Source of the DNA: the human T2T-CHM13v2.0 reference genome, Homo sapiens
Assembly (NCBI RefSeq): GCF_009914755.1
Contig: NC_060931.1
Reading direction: 5' to 3' (one strand)
DNA length: 64,000 nt
The notes beneath the pieces are model-generated. The model did no database searches. It was given only the letters and a program-made list of their open reading frames with translations, and was not told the DNA's origin. Position 1 is the first letter of the stretch, and each line of letters opens with the position of its first letter. Positions 44,135 through 59,830 of this stretch are shown piece by piece. Position numbers and translations under genes: made by a program.

Positions 44135-46239
44135 GTCTTCTTTAGATGAGAAGTGTTAACTGCCTTCTACTTCAGCAGCACAAAGTTTAGCAGGCAGTAC
44201 TCAATAAGGTCTATACCATTTTGGTTGAAGAGAGTTATTTAAGAAATGTTGTGTCCAATAGATGAAATCTCGTGGGTCAAGTCCATGGTCTTTGAAGTTT
44301 TCTTCTCCCAGGAGCTCACTGTGAAAAGATTCTTCTACCGATTCATAATTTTTAGTTAATTGCCTCATTAAGCCATTGCAATAGCTAAATATGTCTCCTT
44401 TACTATTAAAGGCTATAGATCTGCCTGCTGTAATTTTTAATGGAGATAACTGGTGTTTACCAAAAGGGATCGACCTCAGATTAAGCAGAAACAGTGGAAG
44501 AGCTTTTAGCCAAGGAATTTGAAAGACCTCCATTAATTTTGCCAGTTGAGCTTTGATTATTCTGTTTGTGTGGTCCACTAACCCAGATGACTGGGGGTGG
44601 TCAACACAATGGAAATACTGGAGAATGGGCCAAATTTAACGTACTGGTTGGATGACTTATCCAGTGATCCCAGTGTCTCTGTCATTATGAAGCTCCAGAG
44701 GAACTCCCCAGGCTGCAATAATGTTTTCTAAGAGAATTGTACTCACCCTAAGGTCATTGCTCTTCTACATAGAAACACCTGCACCCAATGAGAAAACATG
44801 CCAATCATTACCAAAATATATGTGTATATTTGTGAGAGCGGCAACTGGACGGAATGTAATTGCCATACTTTGACAGAGGCCTCCCTGGATTATTTTGGGG
44901 GCAAAGGTAACAACTGTACATCCTGTGTGCTACAGTCAGAGAAGGTTTCCAAAATATCGTTTCCCTCAAGCAATCACTCTGTCAGGCTCTGGGGAGTTAT
45001 GTCATGTGCATAAGTTAGAAATGATAACAAAAATTCAGCATGAAGTAGAAGCATGTTGTTTGATCCATATCATACCTCGTCTTTGGGGGAGTATGTTCCC
45101 CCTCTTTGCTTTCCAACTTTTATGTTCTGGTTTTGGAGCCCAGATTGAGGTAATTTTATACAAATGCAGGTGTTTCTTTTAAGATTACTGTAGATTATTT
45201 TTCTTGTTTAGATACATTTACAGTAGCTCTTTTTACTACCTTATTAGCTAGCTGATTTCCTTTGCTTTCTGGAGTGTTTGATTTAGAATGGCCTGGAATT
45301 TTAATTATGGCCAGTGACTTTGGTAATAATATGGCTCCCAACAATTGTGAAATGAGGTGTCCATTTTTTATGGATTGACCAGAAGAGGTGAAAAATCCTC
45401 TGTTTCCATAGCATTCCAAAATCATGAGCTACTCTGAAAGCATATTTACTGAATATTAGTAATGAATATTATCAACAATTATTCCTTTCGCCAACTGACA
45501 AACCCTGATCAATGCAATTCTGCTTGTTGATGTGAGGTGGCTTCTGGAAGGTAAGCCTTTCTATTTCTTCAGTTGAAGATACTGTTGTGTAACCTGCTCG
45601 GTAAGTCCCTGATCCATCCTTTAAATAAGAGCTGCCTGTAACTCAAACAACATCAGCATTAATCAGTGGAGTCTCTTGCAAGTCAGTCCTAGGAAAGAGG
45701 AGCCAATCAACTGGGGCTATGTGATTATGCAGTGTTTCATCTGAAAATGAAGGCAGAAGAGTGTCAGGATTTAGGTTACACCTGGAGATGGTGATAGGAG
45801 AAGCTGAAAGAAGTAAAACTCATGTGAAGCTCGTCTACTAATTGAATAATGTCCAGTGTGGTGTGAGTTTAGTGATGCTTCCACAGAATGAGGGATAAAA
45901 ACAGTAAGGGGAGTTCCCACCACAGTTCCTTGGGTCATCTTAATGAACAAGGTGGTTGCTGTTATATCTCTCATGCAAAGAGGCAATCCTTTGGCTACCG
46001 GGCCTAACTGTTGGCTGTAATGCCCTACAGGTCTATTTCAGCCTTCATGTTTCTGAGTCAGATTATCTAAAGCATTTCCATCATTTTCATGTACAAACAA
46101 TGAAAATGTGAGGTTATAATTTACATGCCCCAAAGAAGAGGCATTGGCAAGACCATTCTTAGTCATTTCTAATGTTAGTTGACTTTCTTTTATCCAGTCT
46201 AGAGGGTTTAAAGTTCTCTATTAAGAGGGCATATAAGGA

Positions 46240-46406
46240 AGGTGGGCGCAGTGGCTCATGCCTGTAATCCCAGGACTTTGGGAGGCCAAGATGGGTGGAT
46301 CAATGAAGGTCGGGAGTTCAAGACTAGCCTGGCCAACATGGTGAAACCCCGTCTCAAGTAAAAATACAAAAATTAGCCAAGTGAGACTCTGTCTTAAAAA
46401 CAAAAA
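46240..46406 (+). mobile_element. Internally deleted Alu
   Basis: Left arm fused to the last ~20 nt of the right arm; TSD GAGGGCATATAAGGA on both sides. Confidence 0.85.
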
Positions 46407-49400
46407 GGAGGGCATATAAGGATTGGGCTTTTAAATAAAAATTTGGAATCCAATTTCTACAATATCCTGCCAGTCCTAAAATCCCACTCAACCATCTCTT
46501 CATTCTTGGTTGTAAAAAGCTGAGATCCTTTCTAGTCTGTCTGAATTAATAAAACATCCTTCCTTGGATATTAGGTGGCCTAAGTATATCACTTGTCTTC
46601 GACAAAATTGAAGTTTCTCTTTAGAGACTTTGTTTTCTTAGGGCTGCCTTTTGTAATAAATGTAGCCCATCATTCACAGAACATCTTGTTTGCTCTCCAA
46701 GATGGAAGTCATTTATTTACTGGATTAATGTATGCATTTCCAGGAAATTAACATCTGAGAGGCCTATTTTTAATATTTTTGAAAAGTAAGTCAGGCTTTC
46801 AGCATATCCTTGGAGGCCTGTGTGACCCAGTGTATTGTCTGTTTTCCCAAGTGAAGGCAAAGAGAAATTGGCTATTTTTGTCTACAAGAATGCTAAAGAA
46901 TGTACTACATAAGTCTATGACTGTAAGGAATTCCACATTAGAAGGAATGGCTGTGAGTAACATAGGCTTGTGCAGTATAGGGTGCCATGGGATTGCCATG
47001 TTGTTTATTGCTCTCAAGTCTTGTACAAACCTCCATTCTCTAACATTTGGTTTTCTTACCAGGAGGATTGGGGTATTACAATGGCTTGTACAAGGAATGA
47101 ACAGTCATCTTTCTATATAATCTGACATTATAAGCTTTATCCCTCCTAGAGCTTTAGTTCTCAAGGGGTATTGTCTTGTATTTTGAAGATGTTTCCATGG
47201 GTATATTTAAATATTTATTGGAGTAGCTGAGATGATAGTTTCTATATCAATGGAGGACACTGACCACAATGGATCAAGTACTGTCTTTAGTACATTTTGT
47301 AATTCTTCATTAAGCAATAATTCATTGTCTTTCATGGCAATATGGATTGCAATTGGATTAGATTTTGAAAATTTTATTAAAATATCTGTTGTGTCTCAAA
47401 GTTGAGTTTTATAATCTAATTTTAAATATATTTCCTTCCTTTGAGAGAAAGAAATGTGGGTATCACATAATTCTAAGCAGTTTCTTCCTGTTGAATGGAT
47501 GGGGTCTGATGGAACAAAGAGGAGGGCATGAGTTCCTTGTAACGAACACTGTTGAAAGGTTACAGGCTGAGATTGGTATGCCAATACAGGAGGATTGTGA
47601 TGCCCACCATTTGAATTCTTTGTTTACTGCAAGGAATGGGACCTTGTACCAAGATGGGATTAATTCCAGATAATGTGGCTCCAGTGTCAATAAGTGCTTG
47701 TGTTAGTTCTCCATTTATAATAATTTTTATTTCTCCCAGTGTTAGTAAGGAGGAAATGAAAGGCCCCTTTAAGTTCCTTGGAGCACCCCTGTTTTCTTTT
47801 CTGCCTCCACTGGTTAACATTCTTTCCTTTTTCATTTTTGGCAACTCTTTTGAAAGTAATCATGCTTTTTGCAAAAATTGCAAAGTGGAAGGTTAGGTCC
47901 ATTAGGGAGTTTCTAGGGGTATTGTGAAGGCCAAAATTGTGTGAATAGTTGTTTTAATTGTAAATTCATAATTGTATTAGCCTCGCTCTTTTGTTTGGCT
48001 TCCCTCTCTCTTTCTTCTTCAGTTAAGGTATCAGATAACCGGTCAATGAGACTGACCAAATCATGAGTATCAGAAGTGGCCCAACTTTGTCTTTTCATTG
48101 TTAGTTCCAATTCATCTAACTCATTTGTTAAACTGGAGTCGAGTATCATTTCGATGATTAGCACAGCTTTCTTCGGATAAAACTAAATATTCTTTAAAAT
48201 TTTTTCCACAGCCCTCAAAGTATATTACTGACTCATCTGAATTTTGTTGATATTGTATTTTGTTCCAGTTGACTACTCTGAAAAACTGAGGAGATAGCCT
48301 GATGCAAAGCCTTTGCTGTTCTTCAAGCCTGTCTATGGTCCTCTTCTGAACATTTATGAAGATCCCTAACAGATTTCTCCAGTGAGCTTTGTCTAGCCAG
48401 CCTTTAGCTTTAATTTTTGCTACTAACATGTGAATCTGTTGCTAGAAGTCAGAATAACTAGGGTCATAAGCTTGGATATTTAATTCAAATTTCCTAGCAA
48501 AACCAATAGGAACCTGGTGAAGATCAAGGAATTCTTTTAACTATGCCTGTAAGTTTGATCATGATTGATAAAGCAGGTTCCCCTCTACCAGATGCTGGAT
48601 GAAATGGAGCCAAACCAGTGGGAGCAGGAGGAGGGGCAGGAGGAGGAGGAGGAGAAGGTCAATCAGGGCTGGGTAGTTCTGACAAGGAGGCTTAGAGAGA
48701 CAGGGGAGCAGGGAGAGAAGAAGACATTTCAGTGTTTTTTAAAATTCAGTAATGGTTTTAGAGTGCTTTTTATTTTCTTCCTCTAAGGGAAGAATTCTGT
48801 CAAAACCTCTTTTGGATGCTTCTGGGTGCCATTGGAAGTAACTCTCTTAATTATTTTATTTGATTCCATAGCTGGCTTTTTAAAATTGTGCATATAAATA
48901 AACTAATCTAGCTATTTCAAAGATAATTCTCTTTGATCATTGTAATTTAGGATCTTCTTAGGTCAAATAAGACCATTTCTCCAACTATCGACAGGAGGTG
49001 GCGCCATAAGTCTTGTACATAAACCCCGCTGGAGTTTCCAAAGGTGCATTGCTTAATGAGGGCTTGGTTATAGATGGATAATTGCTCATAATTTGGATTC
49101 TCTTTTAAAATGCCCAAAGGCTAAAAGGGAAAAGTGTTTGGGGTCCAGTGTGCTGCTTAGTAGGGATTATTCCTGGAGGTATCACCTACAAGTAGCTTCT
49201 TCCCTCTTACCTACCTCAGAGAAACCCAGACATTTCTGGGAGTTCAAGGCACTGGGTGACGAACCCCTTGTGTGTTGTGTGCCCCGGGGGTTAAGCAGCT
49301 CTCCCTGTGAGTTCTTCTCTGGGGTTTGTTGTGAGCTTCCACACCCTTGTGTTACCTCCATTGCCTAAGGTGCCTTTCAGCTGGGAGAAAGAGTGCTTTT

Positions 49401-49581
49401 TGTCTTCAGCTTATCACGTCCTCATTCCAACCTTTTACAAATTTTGGGTGACTCAGGAAGAAACTTTAAATCTCAATGTTAACCAAGATCCAAAGCCTGG
49501 CTGGTTTAAAGCCACAAATTTGGCTTAAGCCACAAACATTCACTTTCTCCTTTTACAAAGAAAACTGCTTTCTCTTTAACC

Positions 49582-49706
49582 AAATGTCAAATGAGAGAAA
49601 AGGTTACAAACTTGAGCAAGTAAAAAAATGTCCAATGAGAGAAAAGGTTACAAACTTGAGCAAGTAAAATGTCCAATGAGAGAAAAGGTTACAAAAGAGC
49701 AAGTAA
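49582..49706 (+). repeat. Three copies of a ~41-44 bp tandem repeat with CCAAT boxes
   Basis: AAATGTC(A/C)AATGAGAGAAAAGGTTACAAA..GAGCAAGTAA at 49582, 49626 and 49667. Confidence 0.92.
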
Positions 49707-49815
49707 GACGAACGAAAACTTAACCTAATAGAAAAGTGAAACCACAAACCTGCCAATAGCAGAATCTTTAGAGAAATGACGCGAAACTCCTGCCTTAAAG
49801 CCCTAAATGGCGGCT
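49630..49815 (+). promoter_or_regulatory. Candidate + strand promoter in the ERV leader (possibly the lncRNA PAXIP1-AS2 start)
   Basis: CCAAT at 49632, 49673 and 49753; TGACG at 49777; YY1 motif AAATGGCGGC at 49805-49814; downstream donors at 50045, 50088 and 50302. The lncRNA identity is from memory of the locus and is not verified. Confidence 0.45.
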
Positions 49816-50049
49816 TCAATATCAGTCCCACTGAGCATGAAATTCATTTACTTAAATAAAATCTGAATCTCAGCCCAAACCTGGGAGATTCAAAACCTGA
49901 GAGCGGTCTTACCAAAGACGCCCGTATGTCTGGTGAAGTCAGTTGGATGCAAGCAGTTTGTGCTGGTACCAGGGCCCCAGCTACTGATGAAGTGGCAGGA
50001 GTCCACAGAAGCCTACTTCGAAGTTCCCGGGGCTTCCAGGGGAGGTGAG

Positions 50050-50417
50050 AACACAAGTGATGGGAGAGCCTGGGGAGGGACTGTCTGGTGAGTAAAGGTT
50101 GTGCTGCTCTGTGGATGAAATGTCTCTGAGGTCGTAAACATCTCAGAGCCGCCTTCGGGAGAACGGGTGATAGTCATCTGGGCTGATGTCACCTCCAGTG
50201 TCCTCTCCTGTGATCTGTGTTAATCCTCCCAGATTGACGAGATTCCTGGGGAGGCGATTCATGACAGCTGAGTTCCTTTTGGAGGATCCGTCTTCAGGCA
50301 GGTAAGGGGAGCTCAGAGGAAACCTCTGCCTGCATCCGCTGATTCCCAAGTGCCCTCAGCTCACAGGGATCAGCACTCCCAAGTGCCATGGGGGTGGCAT
50401 TTCCTGAACTCCTTCAA
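50050..50417 (-). mobile_element. ERV1 LTR fragment (MER31/MER34-group-like)
   Basis: Minus-strand start TGAAGGAGTTCAGGAAATGCCACCCC; does not resemble the 39700-40964 LTR. Confidence 0.55.
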
Positions 50418-50430
50418 AGCAATAACAACA

Positions 50431-50742
50431 GGCTGGGCGTGGTGGCTTACGCCTGTAATCCCAGCACTTTAGGAGGCTGAAGTGTGAGGATTGCTTGAAG
50501 CCAGGAGTTCAAGACCAGCCTGGGCAACATAGGGAAACCCTGTCTCTACAAAGAATTAAAAGAAAACTTAGCCAGGAATGGCAGTGCACACATGTGGCCC
50601 CGCCTACTCGGGAGACTGAGGTGGGAGGAGTGCTTGAGCCAGGTGGTTGAGGCTGCAGGGAGCTGTGATTGCACCACTGCACTCCAGCCTGGGCAACAGA
50701 GTGAGACTCTATCTCAAAACAAACAAACAACAACAACAAAAG
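50431..50742 (+). mobile_element. AluJ
   Basis: Full Alu with a (CAAA/CAA)n tail; TSD AATAACAACA. Confidence 0.88.
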
Positions 50743-51361
50743 TGAAACAATAACAACAACTTTTACAAAACGGACATTTGGGATCTACATGCCACACTCC
50801 TAAATGTGTCTCTTAAGCAACAGGTGTCACAGTCTTAAACCTTGTCCTTACCCTCTTCATTCTAGGCACCTGTTTCATTCCAGGTAGGGCTTCCTCCTGG
50901 TTTCCTAACACAGCGGGTTGAGATGAACAGCAGAGAAGGACACTGCACACCTCTGCAGGGTCTCCCCTCTGGCCCACCAGCCCTCCCTTCTCCAGCAGTG
51001 AAGACCTCACTATGTCATCCAGGCAGGAATAATATAGACAGAAACCCCAGAAGCCCCAAAGCTCTGAAGCCTAAACCACAAGCCCCACGAAGTTCCACAG
51101 GGCCCACTGGGCAGAATGGCGTGAACCTTCAGGGTTTGTTTGGTTTTATGAACCATTTAGTCATTCTTTCTCCTTCCTCCCATGGTAGCACTAAAATACA
51201 TTCTCAGGCTCCCAGGTATATACAGGGGGGACGGAGAGGCGAGGATATTCCTGATTGGAAAACAAAACAAAACCTACCTTTACTAATCTCAATATACAGA
51301 TTAGGCTAATCAGATTAAATAATTCTGAAAGTTTTCAAAATGTCATTGTTAGATTTTTCAT

Positions 51362-51484
51362 TATTTTAGAGAAGAGGTCTTACTCTGTTGCCCAAGCTGG
51401 ACTCAAACTCCTGGGCTCAAGCGAACCTCCTGCCTCAGCCTCCTGAGTAGCTGGACTACAGGTGCGCACCACCATGCCTGGCTG
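51362..51484 (-). mobile_element. Alu monomer
   Basis: ctctgttgcccaagctggactcaaactcctgggctcaagcg... Confidence 0.75.
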
Positions 51485-52123
51485 AAATTGGTTTTTATTG
51501 AGGGTCTTGATATGAAAAAAAAGTCTTTGAATCTTAATGTTACTTTTTCATTTCTTCTTGGCAACCAAAGCATCCATGTTTTAATTTTTCTTTGTTTATT
51601 GTTGGCTGGAGAGCACTGCCTTCCTCATGTACCATGCATCAAGCCCTCTCCCCAGCCTGAAGAACACCATGTTCCTCTTAGCGATCATCAGTAACAAGGC
51701 GTGCCACTCGAAGAACTACAAAGATAAGGGTTTGGGGTTTGTGCTGGGGAAAGCTCATGACACTAGCTGCAGGAATAGAGGACTGAGCCTCCCAAGTCCT
51801 GGAAAGCAGAGGGAGGATGCCCCGCTCTGATTTCCTCAGCACCTTTGCAGAGCTCTTGGTCTCCTGCCTGTGCCCTGCAGGCCTGACTCACCTTCCTCTC
51901 TGCACGTGAGACTCTGCACACCTCCTATCGTGTTTATTGACGCATGGCAGCCTCAGCCCTCCATTTCATGTGACCTCCCAGCTTTGCTCTCTACAACACC
52001 TAACCCAGTCAGTTTCTGTGTCCTAATTCAAAATTGCTGGGAGAAAAAAAAGTCTGATTGGCATTTGAGTTTGAGAACGAAGGCTTGAAAGAGCCAGTTT
52101 GAAGAATGGGAGCAAGGCCTGGC

Positions 52124-52340
52124 TAGAGCACTGATCGACAAACTTTTCCTGTAAAGGGCTGGGTAGTAGATATTGCAGGCTTTGCAGGCCATGAAATCCA
52201 CGCTGCATTGTAGTGGCATGCAAGCTGCCATAGCCAATCTGTAAATGAATGAGTGTGGCTGGGTCGCATTAGCATTTTATTTCCAAAAATAGCAGGTGGC
52301 CAGATTTGGCCCAGGGACTATAATTTTCCAATTCCTGAGA
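52124..52340. mobile_element. MER58-like hAT DNA transposon
   Basis: caaacttttcctgtaaagggc...ggctttgcaggccat...gatttggcccaggg. Confidence 0.7.
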
Positions 52341-52369
52341 TACTAGAAACAGAAGTGTTTTGTTGTTGT

Positions 52370-54480
<2,111 letters not shown>

Positions 54481-54734
54481 ATGCTACGTCCCTTCTCTTA
54501 CGGAGGCACAGATTCTTGGAGGGCCCTCCACCATCAGTTCACACATCCTTCTCCAGGCATTATGGCTGGTGGTTTTTATTTTTTACCATGGTAAATTTTA
54601 AATCTTTTCTAGGCCAAATTTTTTTTTAGTATGATAAAAGACACAGAAAAAAAAGCATACACACACACACAGTAACACACATACACAGAGGTACATTGGC
54701 CTATTATTTAATTCTATATGTGGATGTTGGGTTT

Positions 54735-57115
54735 TGTGTTAGTCTGTTCTCATGCTGTTGTAAAGAACTGCCAAAGACTGGGTAATTTATAAATGAAAGA
54801 GGTTTAATTGACTGACAGTTCAACAGGGCTTGGGAGGCCTCAGGAAACTTACAATCATGGTGGAAGGTGAAGCAAATATGTCCTTCTTCACATGGCAGCA
54901 GGAAGGGGAAGCATCGAGCAAAGAGGGAACAGCCCCTTATAAAACCATCACATCTCATGAGAACTCACTCAATATTATGAGAACAGCATGGGGGTAACTG
55001 CTCCCATGATTCAATTACTTCCAACTGGGTCCCTCCCCCAACATGTGGGGATTACAATTCAAGATGAGATTTGGGTGGGGACACAGACCCAGACCATATT
55101 ATACACACTGGCCCCTCTCAAATCTTGTCTTTCTCACATTTCAAAACACAATTATGTCTTCCCAGTGATTTCCCAAACTCTTCAGTCATTTCAGCGTTAA
55201 CCCCAAAGCCCAAGTCCATAGTATCTTCTGAGACAAGGCAAGTCCCTTCCACCTATGAGCCTGTAAAATCAAAAGCAAGTTAGTTACGTCCTAGATAAAT
55301 GCGGGTACAAGCATTGGGTAAATACGCCTGTTCCAAATGGAAGAAATTGGCCAAAATGAAGGGGCTACAGGCCCCATGCAACTCTGAAATCAAATAGGGC
55401 AGTCATCAAACCTTAATGCACCAAAATGATCTCTTTTGACTCCAGGTCTTACATACAGGTCACGCTGATGCAAGAGGTAGGCTCCCACAGCCTTGGGCAG
55501 CTCTGCCCCTGTGGTTTTGCAGGGTACAGCCCCCCACCCCCCGCCAGCTGCTTTCACGGCAGGCTTTGAGTGTCTTTGGCTTTTCCAGGTGCATGGTGCA
55601 AGCTATCAGTGGATCTACCATTCTGGGGTCTGGAGGATGGTGACCCTCTTCTCACAGCTCCACTAGGCAATGCCTCAGTGGGGATGCTGTGTGGGGGCTC
55701 TGACCCCACATTTCCCTTCAGCACTGCCCTAGCAGAGGTTCTCCATGAGGGCTCCACCCCTGCAGCAGACTTCTGCCTGGACATCCAGGCGTTTCCATAC
55801 ATACTCTGAAATCTAGGTGAAGGTCCCCAAACCTCAATTCTTGTCTAATGCACACCTGAGGGACTAACACCATGTGGAAGCTGCCAAAGCTTGGGGCTTC
55901 ACCCTCTGAAGCAATTGCCTGAGCATGTATCTTGGCCCCTTTTAGCCGCAGCTAGAGCTGAAGCAGCTGGGATGCATTGCAACTAGTCCTCAGGATGCGC
56001 ACAGCAGGGGGGCCCTGGACCTGGCCCATGAAACCATTTTTGCCTCCTAGACCTCCAGGCCTGTGATAGGAGGGGCTGCTGCAAAGGTCTCTGACATCCC
56101 CCAGAGACATTTTCCCCATTGTCTTGGTGATTAACATTTGGCTCCTCGTTACTTATGCAAATTTCTGCAACTGGCTTAAATTTCTCCCCAGAAAATGAGT
56201 TTTTCTTTTCTACCGCATTGTCAAGCTGCAAATTTCCCAAACTTTATGCTCTGTCACCTCTTGAATGCTTTGCTTTAGAAGTCAAAATTCTAAAACAGAA
56301 TTCTAAAGAAATTTCTAAAGTTCAGAAATTTCTTCCATCAGATACCCTAAATCATCCCTCTCTAGTTCAGATATCTAGGGCAGGGGCAAAATGCCACCAG
56401 TCTCTTTGGTAAACTATAGCAAGAGTCAACTTCATTCTAGTTCCCAACAAGTTCTTCACCTCCATCTGACACCACCTCAGCCTGGACTTCATTGTCCACC
56501 TCACTATCAGCATTTTGGTCAAAACCATTCAATAAGTCTCTAGGAAGTTTCAAACTTTCGCATATCTCCTTGTCGTCTGAACCCTCCAAGTATCTAGGAA
56601 GTTCCAAACTTTCCCACATTTTCCTGTCTTCTTCTGAGCCCTCCAAACTGTTTCAATCTCTGTCTATTACCAGTTCCAAAGTTGTTTCCACATTTTTTGA
56701 GTATCCTTATAGCAGCACCTTACTCTGTGGTACCAATTTACTGTATTAGCCTATTCTTACACTGCTATAATGAACTGCTGGAGACTGGGTAATTTATAAA
56801 GGAAAAGGTTTGACTTATACTTCCACAGGGCTGGGGAGGCCTCGAGAAACTTACAATCATGGCAGAAGTTGAAGCAAACACGTCCATCTTCACATGGTGC
56901 CCAAAAGGAGAAGTGTTGAGCAAAGGGGAAAAAGCCCCTTATAAAACCATCAGATCTCATGCGAACACACTCACTATCATGAGAATAGCATGGGGGTAAC
57001 TGCTCCCATGATTTATTTACCTCCCACCAAGTCCCTGCCCCAACACGTGGGGATTACATTTCAGGTTACAATTCAAGATAAGATTCGGGTGGGGACACAA
57101 AGACAGACCATATCA
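54735..57115 (-). mobile_element. Full-length THE1 (C/D-like) MaLR: LTR-internal-LTR
   Basis: LTRs at 54735-55101 and 56742-57115 flank ~1.6 kb of THE1-int; 5-bp TSD GGTTT at 54730-54734 and 57116-57120. Confidence 0.92.
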
Positions 57116-57249
57116 GGTTTTGAACACAAGGTTTAAGAGAAGTTTAAAGAAAGTCCTGTGGAAGAGCTAAATATGAATTCCCAACAGAATCTCCCCTTGG
57201 CCAACCTCCTTGTCATCAGTTCACTGGCTAAACTAGTGCTCTGCATTTC

Positions 57250-59830
57250 CTTGTTTTTAAATTGTGATGAAATATACACAATACAGAACTTAACACGTTA
57301 ACCATTTTTAAGTGTACAGGTTTGTTACTTTTAAGTGCATTCACATTGTTGTGCAGTCATCACCACCTCATCTCCATTACTTTTTTCATCTTAAAACTGA
57401 AACTCTATGCCCATTACATAACTCTCCACGCTTCTCCCAGCCCCTGGAAACCACCATTCTACTTTCTGTGTCTTTATATTTGACTACTCTAGGAACCTCA
57501 TGCAAGTGGAATCATACATTATCTGCCTTTTGTGACTGATTTCTTTCACTTAGCATTATATTTTGAAGTGTAGGATAAATCATACACTATGTGTCTTTTG
57601 TAACTGATTTCTTTCACTTAGCAATATATTTCAAAGGTTCATCCATGTTGTAGTGTGTGTTAGAATTTTCTTCCTTTTTAAGGCTGAGTGATATTTTTAA
57701 GGCTGAATGATATGCCCTTGTATGAATAGAACACATTTGTTTATTCATTCATCTAATGATGAACACCTGGTTTGCTTCCACCTTTTGTCTATTGTGAATG
57801 CTGCTACTATAAACATGGGCTTACAAATATCTTGAGGAGCCCCTGCTTTCAATTGTTTTGGGTATATACCCAGAAGTGGGATTGCTAAATCATATGTTGA
57901 TACTATTTTTAATTTTTTGAGGGCATGCTATACTGTTTTCCATTTTACATTCCCAACAGCAGTGCACACATGTCCAATTTCTCCAAATCCTCACCTACAT
58001 GTGTTATTTCCTGCTTTTTTTTGACAGTAGTTATTCTAATGAGTGTGGAGTTGTTAGGGTCCAGCCTCAACGCCACCCACGGGTACCCAAAGTTTGGTGG
58101 CGGCAAAGGAATGAGAAGAGACAAGTTAAGAGTGAAAGGTGGGGAGCTGGGGGCCAGTGCAAAATGTGGAGGCTGCAAAAGGCTCAGAGCTCTGGTTTCC
58201 ACACTATTTATTGAGTACAATCACTTAGATCTGAGAAGCAGGGGTTCAGGGGTGAAATGGGGAAAGGCAGACAGTGCGTTATACGTGTAATGTATAGCAG
58301 TGGCGGTTTAAGTGAATCTCCTTTGTGCTCAAATAGTATATCTTTAGTTACTTGTTGGGACCGGGCTTAACTAGGAGCCTGCATATCTAGCCACATTCTA
58401 ATGCTTCATAGGAGTGTCTTTCTCCTTGAACACAGTGTTTATGGATAAGAGAGCAAGTCTTGCTCAGAGCATGGGAACATAGTGGCTATAAGAAGGCTTT
58501 CTTCTTCAGAGGCCTCTTGTGGCTTTCCGCAACTTATTGTCTCATATTTTTATGGCCAGTTTATGCAGGCACCCCATAAGCCTTTCTCCCAACATGGAGT
58601 GGTATTTTATTGTGACTTTAATTCACATTTCTCTAATGATTGGTGACACTGAGCTTTCTTTTTTTTCATGTGCTTATTGTCCATTTATATGCCTTCTTTG
58701 GAGAAATGTCTATTTCAAGTCTCTTACCCATTTTTTAATTAAGTTGATTCTTAGCTGTTGAGTCATAGGAGTTCCTTATATATTCCAGATATTAATCCTT
58801 TATCAGATATATGATTTGCAAACATTCTTTCCCATCTGATGGGTTGCCTTTTCACTCTGTTGTCTTTTAATATATAAACATTTTACATTTTGGTGTAGCC
58901 CAATTTATATTTTCTTTTGTTGTCTATGCATTTGGTGTTGTATCCAAGAAGTCACTGCCAAATCCAATATCATGAAGCTTTTCTATGTTGTCTTCTAAGA
59001 GTTTTATAGTTTTAGTTCTTAGCTTTAGGACTTTGATTCATTTTGAGTTCATTTTTGCACATGGTGAAAGGTAATGTTCCAGCAACATCCTTTTGCATGT
59101 GGGTATCCAGTTTTTTCCAGTAGCATTTGTTAGAATGACTGTCCTTTCTCCCATTGAAAATCTTAGCACCCTTGCCAAAAATCATTTGGCCCTATGTGCA
59201 AAGGTTTATTTCAGGACTCTCTATTTTATTTCAGTGGTCAATAAGTCTTTATGCCAACATCATGCTGTCTTGATTGCTGTCACTTTATAATATTTTGAAA
59301 TCAGGAAGTGAGACTTCCAACTTTGTTCTCCTTTTTCAAGATTATTTTTGCTGTTCACTCTTAAGATTCCATGTGAATTTTATGGTCAAGTTTTCTATTT
59401 CTGGAAAAAACGTCATTGAGATTTTGATAGGGATTGCATTGAAACCATAGATTGCTTTGGTTGGTATTGACATCTTAACAATATCAAGTCTTCCAATCCA
59501 TGAACATGGGATGTCTTTCCATTTATTGGTATCTTCTTTAATTTCTTTTATCAATATTTTGTAGTTTTCAGCATACACATCTTTCACCTCCTTGGTTAAG
59601 TTTATTCCCAAGTATTTTATTCTTTTTAATGCTATTGTAAATGGAATTGTTTTAATTACCTTTTCAGACTGTTCATTGTTAGTATATAAAAACACAACTG
59701 ATTTTCGTGTTGACTTTGTATTTTCTGGTTTATTAGTTCTGTCAGGTTGGTGTTTTTGTTTGTTCTGGTGGTATCTTTAGGGTTTCTACATACCTTTAGG
59801 GTTTGCTACATATAAGATCATGTCACCTGT
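57250..59830 (-). mobile_element. L1MB-like element (3' UTR plus ORF2 remnant)
   Basis: ORF 59342..59695 ([14 protein letters not shown]...[11 protein letters not shown]) is L1 ORF2. Confidence 0.9.
58052..58594 (-). mobile_element. ERVK-class solo LTR (MER9-like) inserted in L1
   Basis: TG...CA termini; 6-bp TSD TGGAGT at 58046-58051 and 58595-58600. Confidence 0.8.

Noticed and set aside
50020-50040. tRNA-Phe primer-binding site for the provirus
   Set aside because: Only TCCCGGG matches; too degenerate to call.
59342-59695. Reverse transcriptase-like ORF as a novel RT system
   Set aside because: Ordinary fragment of an old L1 ORF2.
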